A DNA stretch of 36,021 nucleotides from Dehalococcoidia bacterium (GTDB lineage: Bacteria > Chloroflexota > Dehalococcoidia > UBA6926), in assembly GCA_034420915.1 (NCBI GenBank), contig DAOUKW010000077.1, forward strand, positions 1 to 36,021, written 5' to 3'. Under the pieces are notes generated by a model that saw nothing but the letters and a program-made list of their open reading frames with translations, searched no databases and was not told the origin of the DNA. Made by a program: the position numbers and the translations under genes. Positions 1-6,949 of this stretch are shown here, piece by piece; within the stretch, counting starts at the first letter, position 1; every line of letters begins with the position of its first letter.

Positions 1-1383
1 GCGCTCATAGAACTCCCGCATCGCCGATGAGAACGCGACCAGTCCCATGACGTCGTACAGGTGGGTCAGGAAGTACTGGCCGAGGTGGTAACCGCAGGAT
101 TCCGCGTATTCACCGGGCTCCGCCAGGTCGGCAATGGTGGCAACGCCGTTGTTCACGCACCAGACCCTGCCCGCGTACTCATTGCCCTCGAACAGCGGCA
201 CCCCGCCTTCCCAGTCCTCGGAGCCGTCCCACGCCTGCCGGTAAGCCGTCACAAAGTTGGCGCCGCCCTCGAACAGCCAGTGCGGTCCGATCTCGAATGC
301 CAGGTGATAGTGGGCAACCTCGTGATAGATGAGGCCGGCGTGGGCTGTATCCGGCCAGTTACTGCCTGTGGACAGCACGATGGAGTCCACGAAATTCTTC
401 CCTCCGTATCCGTAGCCCTCGTAATTCTCCACGTTGACCTGGAGCATGATGATGTCCGTGACCGGGAACGGGCTGGCCATCACGCGCTCGGCGGCCAGCG
501 CCCCGTCCGCGGCGGCGGTGAGGATATCACCCGTTATCGCTTCGTGTCCGAAGGCCCAGAGGCCGACGGAGCCGCTCAGCGGCAGATCCACGGCGCGTGC
601 CTCGGTGAACCATTCTTCCAGCAGGTCGGTATAGATTGCGTCATCATTGGTGATCTTCGCCAGGACGATGATGAACGCCCGCTCCTCCAACGAGAGGCCG
701 TCGGCGAACCACTCCTGCACCTGCAGCCGTCTGAAGCTGTCCGGGTACTGCCACGACATGTCGCCGAGGGCGTAGAGGACATCGACATTGATCGTCCGCG
801 CCGGCTCCTCCACGCTGTGGGCGAACATCCGGCGCGCCAGGGCAGGGTCCCAATCGTAGAGATACTGGAGGCCGTAGACGGCGCTCGATTCCAGCGGGCC
901 GAGGCCGTCCCGGATCCACGGCGCGTTGGCAAGCTTCCGGCCAAGCTCGGCGTCCTTGAGCCAGACCTCGAGGATGGGCAGGACGGCAAGCGGGTAGGGC
1001 GGATTGTCGTACCACGGCAATAGCTGCGACAGGGCTGCGCGGGCCGCCTCCTCGGGCGTGGGCGCCGGAGTTTCCTTAGGATCAGAACCAGGCATTGCCG
1101 CCGGCTTGGGTGTCGGAGTTGGAGTTTCCTTTAGATCAGGATCAGGCATTGCCGTTGGCTTGGGTATCGGAGTGGCTGTGGCTTCTACAATTGTCTGAGC
1201 GGGAGAATACTGCGTGGGCGCGGGCGTTGGTATGTGAGACGGCGTCGAGGCAGGGGTCAGGTTTGGCGTCGCAGTCGGGATAATCTCAGTCGTTGGCGGC
1301 GGGGTGGGAGAGGGCGCGTCCCGAGCGCAGCCGCTCAGGATGACCAGCACAGCGAGGCTGAGCAGGATTGCCAGATGTCTCAT
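1..1383 (-). CDS. Secreted lipoprotein with MA-clan (gluzincin-like) zinc metallopeptidase domain; partial, C-terminus lies outside the window
   Basis: Absent from the supplied ORF track because it has no stop in the window. Reverse-strand ATG at 1383..1381 opens a frame that I translated without stops down to nt 1 (461 codons). N-terminus is MRHLAILLSLAVLVILSGC (lipobox LSGC), followed by a Pro/Thr-rich linker. HEVAH at 310..324 is followed by WLFEGGANF. Colinear similarity to the peptidase part of 9820..12804 (IDLPL.G.V.L.A.G; YHEMAH...EWLTEGAAEF; C.Y.LG..FLT.L......V..SA.RE.YE). The + strand ORF 61..1023 is its antisense shadow. Confidence 0.8.
   Translation of the reverse strand, partial: MRHLAILLSLAVLVILSGCARDAPSPTPPPTTEIIPTATPNLTPASTPSHIPTPAPTQYSPAQTIVEATATPIPKPTAMPDPDLKETPTPTPKPAAMPGSDPKETPAPTPEEAARAALSQLLPWYDNPPYPLAVLPILEVWLKDAELGRKLANAPWIRDGLGPLESSAVYGLQYLYDWDPALARRMFAHSVEEPARTINVDVLYALGDMSWQYPDSFRRLQVQEWFADGLSLEERAFIIVLAKITNDDAIYTDLLEEWFTEARAVDLPLSGSVGLWAFGHEAITGDILTAAADGALAAERVMASPFPVTDIIMLQVNVENYEGYGYGGKNFVDSIVLSTGSNWPDTAHAGLIYHEVAHYHLAFEIGPHWLFEGGANFVTAYRQAWDGSEDWEGGVPLFEGNEYAGRVWCVNNGVATIADLAEPGEYAESCGYHLGQYFLTHLYDVMGLVAFSSAMREFYER
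1067..1174. repeat. Tandem 2 x 54-nt in-frame duplication inside the Pro/Thr linker of the 1..1383 gene
   Basis: 1067..1120 and 1121..1174 align without gaps with only a few mismatches. On the minus strand they encode two 18-aa units (..TPIPKPTAMPDPDLKETP / TPTPKPAAMPGSDPKETP..). Confidence 0.8.
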
Positions 1384-1518
1384 CCGGGCATCCGCTTGCG
1401 GCAAGGCCGGCCACAGATGGTGACCTGTGCCAAGCATCTGCGGCACAGATAAAGGGAGAGAACTGACACGTTATTATCGCGCCGCGGTCATCGGCGTAAG
1501 CGCGGGCGGCTCACACTG

Positions 1519-1548
1519 GCAGCCCCCGTGTCGGGATGCGGGGGCTGC
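1519..1548. other. Perfect 10-bp stem, 10-nt loop GC-rich hairpin in a divergent intergenic region
   Basis: GCAGCCCCCG (1519..1528), loop TGTCGGGATG, CGGGGGCTGC (1539..1548). A weaker hairpin CTGTGCC/GGCACAG lies at 1425..1448. Confidence 0.6.
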
Positions 1549-1609
1549 GCAGGGCTAATGAGCGGGTGTGGAAACGGGTGTAAGTTGGGCGCTCAAAGGC
1601 GCAGCGGTT

Positions 1610-1623
1610 CTGAGACGTCTCAG
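1610..1623. promoter_or_regulatory. 14-bp perfect palindrome CTGAGACGTCTCAG (candidate operator)
   Basis: Exact inverted repeat read directly. It lies in the 448-bp gap between the divergently transcribed peptidase gene (start 1383) and sensor-regulator gene (start 1832 or 1886). Confidence 0.4.
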
Positions 1624-1758
1624 TCAAGGCGGTTGCCGCCGGATTTGACGTTGTTGGAGGCAAACGCTTTCGCAGTGCAAGGGCCAAAGAGGGCACCTCC
1701 CGACATTGCTACTGCGAACCAAGCTGCGTGGTACTATACCATTTAGATATAACCATTC

Positions 1759-1800
1759 TGTAACTATCTGACTGATTTTCTGTGACTTCTTGTAACTATC
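1759..1800 (+). promoter_or_regulatory. Direct repeats TGTAACTATC (x2) plus degenerate TGTGACTTCT in an AT-rich patch; candidate response-regulator binding site
   Basis: TGTAACTATC at 1759..1768 and 1791..1800, TGTGACTTCT at 1781..1790. The AT-rich stretch 1741..1820 stands out against the GC-rich surroundings. OmpR-family regulators bind direct repeats (established); the link to this site is inference. Confidence 0.35.
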
Positions 1801-1818
1801 AGGCAAATACAGCATAAT
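1790..1818 (+). promoter_or_regulatory. Sigma70-like promoter candidate for the sensor-regulator/LRR genes
   Basis: TTGTAA (1790..1795), 17-nt spacer, CATAAT (1813..1818). The -35 overlaps the second TGTAACTATC repeat. Confidence 0.4.
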
Positions 1819-1831
1819 TGCCCCCGCCAGC

Positions 1832-4246
1832 GTGGAATGCCGCGGACTGCACTGGTCGGACCAGGCAGCCAATCGGAGTGACGATTTGAGCCGACAGGAT
1901 GAGCGAGACCGAGAGAACGCGGCCCTCCGTGACCGCCTATCCCGCCTGAGCGAGGCCGGACTCCGCATCAACGAAGACCTGGACTTCGACACGGTGTTGC
2001 AAGAGGTGGTGGACGAGGCGCGATCTCTCACCTCCTCGCGCTACGGGGCGATCACCGTCTTTAATGAGGTTGGGCATATACCCGACTTCATCGTCTCCGG
2101 CTTGACCCGGGAGGAGCACCAGGGGTTTTGGGACATGCCGGAAGGGCCGGGATTCTTCGAATACCTCAGCAGCCTTGCCGAGCCCCTGCGGGTCCCGGAT
2201 ATCGAGGGCCACCTGAGAGAACTGAACATGCCTGAGTTCGTGCCCTCCGTACCGGTGACCTCCCTGCTGGTAGCCCCGATTCGCCACAGGGGCGTCGCGG
2301 TCGGCACCATCTATGTGGCTCACGGGGCGGATGGAAAGGAGTTCACGCAAGAGGACGAGGAGACCCTGGTTCTTTTTGCCTCGCAGGCGGCGATGGCCAT
2401 CGCCAACGCCCGCCGGCACCGGGAGGAGCAGCGGGCCAAGGCGGACCTGGAGACACTGATAGACACGTCTCCCGTTGGCGTGGTCGTCCTGGATGCGTTG
2501 ACGGGGGCCCCCAAGTCCTTCAATCGGGAAACCCGGAGGATCATCGACACCATACGGAATGCCGGGCAGTCACCCGAGCAGTTGTTGGAGGAGTTGACTT
2601 TCAGGCGGGCCGATGGACGGGAGGTCTCCCTGCGGGAGTTCCCGATGGCCGAGCTCCTCAGCACGGGAGAGACTGTACGGGCCGAGGAGATTGTCATGCG
2701 CGCCGCTGACGGGCGGAGCGTCACGGTACTACTCAACGCCACCCCCATCCTCTCCAAGGAAGATACGGTGGAGTCTGTCGTCGTCACGCTGCAGGACATG
2801 GCGGACGTGGAGGAACTGGAGCGGCTGCGGGCTGACTTCCTGGCGATGGTGAGCCACCAGCTGAGAACTCCTCTGACCTCTATCAAGGGCTCCGTCTCTA
2901 CGATTATGGATGCGGAGACGGACCTCGACCCTGCCGTGGTCCGCCAGTTCCTTCGGATCATCGAGGACCAGACCGATCACATGAACGCGCTGGTTGCAGA
3001 CCTGCTCGACGTGGCCCGTATCGAGACGGGAACGCTGCCGGTCAATCCGGAACCTACAGAGGTGGCCGTACTGGTGGATAGGGCACGCAGCGCCTTTGTC
3101 ACCGCAGGAGGCAGGAACAACCTCGCAATCGACGTTGACCCGAACCTGCCCCTGGTGATGGCAGACAGGCGGCGCATCGTCCAGGTGCTCAGCAATCTGC
3201 TGTTCAACGCGACCGATAACTCGTCAGAGTCATCCCTCATCAGGGTGACCGCTGTGTGGAATGGCGTTCACGTTGCGATGTCGGTGGCCGACGATGGGCG
3301 GGGCATCCCTGCGGAGAGGCTGCCGCACCTGTTTCGCAAGTTCTCTGCGACAAACTCCGAGGAGCATGGAGGGGACACGGGGCTTGGCCTCGCCATCTGT
3401 AAGGGCATAGTGGAAGCGCATGGGGGCCGCATCTGGGGCGAGAGCGACGGGCCGGGAATGGGGGCGCGTTTCACTTTCACCCTTCCATCTGTCGAAAACT
3501 CCGGAAGCGGCGCGGTCGACAGATCTTCCCCGACCTCAACGCAGCGTGAACTACGGGTGGAGGAGCGGGTGCGCGTTCTGGCCGTGGACGACGACCCCAA
3601 CGATCTCCGTTACATCCGCGACACACTTGCAAAGTCGGGCTACGAACCGATCGTCACCGGAGAGCCGGAGGAGGCGCTGCGCCTCGTGGAGAAGGGTAGG
3701 CCGGAGCTTGCGCTTCTGGATCTGATGCTCCCGGGAACGGACGGTATCGAGCTGATGAAGGAAATCCTCGATGTGGCCGATGTGCCGGTCATCTTCCTGT
3801 CTGCGTACGGACGGGAAGAACTGGTTGCCAGGGCATTCGACATGGGGGCCACGGATTATGTCGTAAAGCCGTTCTCCCCGACGGAACTCTCGGCGAGGAT
3901 CAGGGCAGCCCTGCGCAGACGGACGGCCGCAGAGCCGTCGGAGCCTTACGTGGTGGGCAACCTGACCATCGACTACACCGGGCGCAGGGTAACCCTTGCC
4001 GGAAATCCCGTCCATCTCACGCTGACTGAGTATCGCGTGCTGGGCGAACTCTCGGCCAATGCAGGGCAGGTGGTGACGTATGAGCGCCTTTTGGCTCGGG
4101 TCTGGGGTGCGAAGAACGCCGGGGACGTGAGGCCCATGCGCACCATCGTGAACAAAATCCGCCGCAAGCTGGGAGAGGACACCCAAAGGCCTGCTTATAT
4201 CTTCACCGAGCCCCGCGTGGGATACCGGATGCCGAGAGGGGAGTAG
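1832..4246 (+). CDS. Cytoplasmic hybrid sensor histidine kinase fused to a complete OmpR-family response regulator (GAF-PAS-HisKA-HATPase-REC-winged helix)
   Basis: GAF-like N-terminus (SSRYGAITVF...VAPIRHRGVAVGTIYV). PAS-like segment (LIDTSPVGVVVLD...). H-box FLAMVSHQLRTPLTSI. ATPase motifs (DDGRGIP, GDTGLGLAICKGIVEAHGGRIW). REC (VLAVDDDP...LALLDLMLPGTDG...VVKPF). OmpR-type wHTH (LTLTEYRVLGEL...RVGYRM). No hydrophobic TM segment. Start is uncertain: GTG 1832 per track, or TTG 1886 preceded by GGAG (1875..1878). Confidence 0.9.
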   Translation: MECRGLHWSDQAANRSDDLSRQDERDRENAALRDRLSRLSEAGLRINEDLDFDTVLQEVVDEARSLTSSRYGAITVFNEVGHIPDFIVSGLTREEHQGFWDMPEGPGFFEYLSSLAEPLRVPDIEGHLRELNMPEFVPSVPVTSLLVAPIRHRGVAVGTIYVAHGADGKEFTQEDEETLVLFASQAAMAIANARRHREEQRAKADLETLIDTSPVGVVVLDALTGAPKSFNRETRRIIDTIRNAGQSPEQLLEELTFRRADGREVSLREFPMAELLSTGETVRAEEIVMRAADGRSVTVLLNATPILSKEDTVESVVVTLQDMADVEELERLRADFLAMVSHQLRTPLTSIKGSVSTIMDAETDLDPAVVRQFLRIIEDQTDHMNALVADLLDVARIETGTLPVNPEPTEVAVLVDRARSAFVTAGGRNNLAIDVDPNLPLVMADRRRIVQVLSNLLFNATDNSSESSLIRVTAVWNGVHVAMSVADDGRGIPAERLPHLFRKFSATNSEEHGGDTGLGLAICKGIVEAHGGRIWGESDGPGMGARFTFTLPSVENSGSGAVDRSSPTSTQRELRVEERVRVLAVDDDPNDLRYIRDTLAKSGYEPIVTGEPEEALRLVEKGRPELALLDLMLPGTDGIELMKEILDVADVPVIFLSAYGREELVARAFDMGATDYVVKPFSPTELSARIRAALRRRTAAEPSEPYVVGNLTIDYTGRRVTLAGNPVHLTLTEYRVLGELSANAGQVVTYERLLARVWGAKNAGDVRPMRTIVNKIRRKLGEDTQRPAYIFTEPRVGYRMPRGE

Positions 4247-4300
4247 GCTGCGAACAATGAAACCTGTTGTGCCCGGCGGCGATGATCCGTCCAACAGATT

Positions 4301-6949
4301 ATGATGCGCAGGGGATTGCGACCGGTTGTCACGATTGCGCTTTTCTTCGCCATTACGGGCACAGCATGCGCCGACGCGGCACCGAGGCCAGGCTCCTTCT
4401 CCACGCCCACCAACACGCGGCAACCTGTTCCATCTCCCATCGTGTTGAATATCCAGTCCGATTCCAACACACCGGCGCCCAGCCCGACGCCGATTCCTTT
4501 GCCCGCGCCGAGTGCCCCAACCACGCCGGTTCCGACAGCAACACCTGTGTTGAACCTCGGGCCAACGCCGATTCCGATTGTTGTCCCGCCGTCGCACCTG
4601 GCCTCGGAACGGGTGGCGCTCGCCGTCATTCATAGGGCGATGGGCGGGAGTGTCTACAGTGACATACGGAATTGGTTGAGCGATGACCCTTTAGGGAAAT
4701 GGCACGGAGTGACAACCGACGAGAATGATAGGGTCATTGGGCTTGAGCTGGTGAATGCGGAGCTTACAGGGAGCATCCCGCCGGAAATTGGCAATCTTAC
4801 TCACCTGCAGACTCTCACAATTGCCGGCAACAGGGAGATGAGAGGGCCCATTCCTCCGGAGATTGGAAACCTGACCAACCTGAAGGAGCTTACCCTTAGC
4901 GCGACCGGCTTGTTGGGAGAAATCCCGCCGGAGATCGGCTCTCTAACCAACCTTGAACGTCTGACCATCTCCCATGACGGGTTGGGAGGTCCCATCCCGG
5001 AAGAGCTTGGCAATCTGACCAAGCTCACCTCATTGGATCTCTCCGGAAACCTGCTGAACGGAACGATTCCAGGTTCGCTTGGCAGGTTAACCAATCTCAC
5101 TGAGCTGAACCTTTATTCCAATATAGTGAACGGTCCTCTTCCCGAAGAGCTCTTCGAGCTGGAGAACCTGAAGACTCTAACCCTTTCAAGAAACGAGTTG
5201 GACATCCCCTTTCCCCGGGGTGTAATCAGTTTCCCCAACCTGGAAAACCTCCACCTGGGATACGCCGGGTTGACGGGACCAATCCCACTTGAATTGAGCG
5301 GCATGCAGAAGCTGAAGACATTGGACCTATTCGGGAACTCCCTTGTCGGGCCTATTCCGCCTGAAATCGGTGAGATGACGGCCCTTGAAACGCTGCAGCT
5401 TGGAGGCAATGAACTCACCGGACCTATACCAGAGGAACTGGGCAATCTTCGAAACCTGCAGGGCCTCTTCATCAGCGAGAATACGCTAACAGGGTCGATC
5501 CCGACATCACTTTGGGAACTGAACTTGCTGCAAACAATGAATCTCAAAGAGAACCGCTTGTCCGGCCAGATTCCGCATGAAATAGGCGGACTGTCGGAGC
5601 TGGTTACGATTGACATGTCCAACAACGCTTTGACAGGGTCCATTCCACCTGCATTGCTCGAGCTCCCTGCCATCCAGTCGGTAAATCTCTCCCGGAACAG
5701 CCTGTCCGGACGTATCCCTTCGGAGTTCCCTGACTCAAGCACTTTGCACACCCTGAATCTCTCTCACAACGATATTGGCGGGGTCATTCCGAATGAAATT
5801 CAAAGGTTCTTGAGCCTTCGATTCCTGGACTTATCAGGAAATAAGCTCACCGGTGGCATCCCCGTGGAATTCAGGGATATGCAGTCCTTGGAAGAAGTTG
5901 ACCTGTCCATGAACGACTTGTCAGGCCCACTCCCCCCCGAACTCGGAGAGATGAGCCTCATAAACGTGCTCGATCTTTCGGGCAATCGTCTTACTGGAAA
6001 CGTGCCGCCTGAGTGGGCCGGTATGAGGAAATTGAGATCGCTGAATCTCCGGGATAACGATCTCAGGGGCAAGGCGCCGACTGCGCTTCCCGATAGTGAA
6101 CTGACGCTTGATCTGTCCGGGAACAGGTTCAGCGGTAAGATTCCCGCCGAGCTTGGCGCGGCGAAACGCCTGAAGTCCCTTGACCTTTCCCGGAACGAGC
6201 TGACCGGGTGGATTCCTGAAGAACTGGGGGTATTGACCAACCTGGAGTCTCTCGATCTGTCCATGAACGGCCTGACCGGTCCCATCATTCCCAGGCTTGC
6301 AAATCTGTATCGTCTAAAGCGGCTCGACCTTGCCGACAATGGATTGTCCGGCGAGATTCCAACTACTATTGACGCCCTCCGGAACCTCAAGCACCTGGAC
6401 CTTTCTGATAACAGTCTCACCGGAACGATTCCTCCGCCGCTGGGTCATCTCAACGCCCTCGTGCACCTTGACCTCTCCGGCAATCGTCTCGAAGGCCCCA
6501 TCCCGACAGAACTTGGTAACATTTCACGTCTGACCTTCCTCTCCCTGTCAAACAACGATCTAACGGGTTCGATCCCTCCGGAACTGGAGCGCCTTTGGCA
6601 ACTGGAAACGCTGGCCCTTTCGGATAACCGATTGAGCGGCGACATCCCTGCCGGGATACGTACAGATCGATTACGCCACGTAGATCTCTCAAGAAACCAG
6701 TTGACCGGCCGGATCCCACCCTGGCTTGGGGGCCATTTCAATCTGGAGTCATTGCTGCTTTCGGAAAACCGGTTGAGGGGGACTATCCCGGCCCGATACG
6801 GTGAAGTTCCGAAACTGGCAGAGTTGCGAGTAGAGGGCAACCATCTGGAGGGTTGTGTTCCGGAGACCCTGGCGACTATTGATGTGTTGGTTGTCAGTCC
6901 GCAGGAGGGCGACACGGAAACATTGCCGTTCTGCCGGAAGGATCCATGA
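4301..6949 (+). CDS. Secreted (lipobox-like signal) giant leucine-rich repeat protein, about 30 plant-specific-type 24-aa LRRs
   Basis: MMRRGLRPVVTIALFFAITGTAC signal, Pro/Thr linker, N-cap (..NWLSDDPLGKWHGVTTDENDRVIGLEL). About 30 units of L..L..L.L..N.LtG.IP.ElGnL, counted by hand. C-terminal cap NHLEGCVP...LPFC. Confidence 0.9.
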   Translation: MMRRGLRPVVTIALFFAITGTACADAAPRPGSFSTPTNTRQPVPSPIVLNIQSDSNTPAPSPTPIPLPAPSAPTTPVPTATPVLNLGPTPIPIVVPPSHLASERVALAVIHRAMGGSVYSDIRNWLSDDPLGKWHGVTTDENDRVIGLELVNAELTGSIPPEIGNLTHLQTLTIAGNREMRGPIPPEIGNLTNLKELTLSATGLLGEIPPEIGSLTNLERLTISHDGLGGPIPEELGNLTKLTSLDLSGNLLNGTIPGSLGRLTNLTELNLYSNIVNGPLPEELFELENLKTLTLSRNELDIPFPRGVISFPNLENLHLGYAGLTGPIPLELSGMQKLKTLDLFGNSLVGPIPPEIGEMTALETLQLGGNELTGPIPEELGNLRNLQGLFISENTLTGSIPTSLWELNLLQTMNLKENRLSGQIPHEIGGLSELVTIDMSNNALTGSIPPALLELPAIQSVNLSRNSLSGRIPSEFPDSSTLHTLNLSHNDIGGVIPNEIQRFLSLRFLDLSGNKLTGGIPVEFRDMQSLEEVDLSMNDLSGPLPPELGEMSLINVLDLSGNRLTGNVPPEWAGMRKLRSLNLRDNDLRGKAPTALPDSELTLDLSGNRFSGKIPAELGAAKRLKSLDLSRNELTGWIPEELGVLTNLESLDLSMNGLTGPIIPRLANLYRLKRLDLADNGLSGEIPTTIDALRNLKHLDLSDNSLTGTIPPPLGHLNALVHLDLSGNRLEGPIPTELGNISRLTFLSLSNNDLTGSIPPELERLWQLETLALSDNRLSGDIPAGIRTDRLRHVDLSRNQLTGRIPPWLGGHFNLESLLLSENRLRGTIPARYGEVPKLAELRVEGNHLEGCVPETLATIDVLVVSPQEGDTETLPFCRKDP

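Noticed and set aside
61-1023. 320-aa + strand ORF, the longest listed ORF at the left edge
   Set aside because: Arg/Gly/Val/Pro-rich with no motifs. It is exactly antisense to a minus-strand frame that has a lipoprotein signal, HExxH motif and paralogy to another gene in the window. It is a typical high-GC shadow ORF.
1511-1746. Small ORFs (61 and 72 aa) in the divergent intergenic region
   Set aside because: They overlap each other on opposite strands, have no SD or family features, and contain the GC hairpin and the palindrome. The region is more likely regulatory DNA.
3551-4633. 360-aa minus-strand ORF spanning the end of the sensor-regulator and the start of the first LRR gene
   Set aside because: Arg-rich and low-complexity. 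It is antisense to two well-supported genes and crosses their intergenic gap, and it has no recognisable domain.
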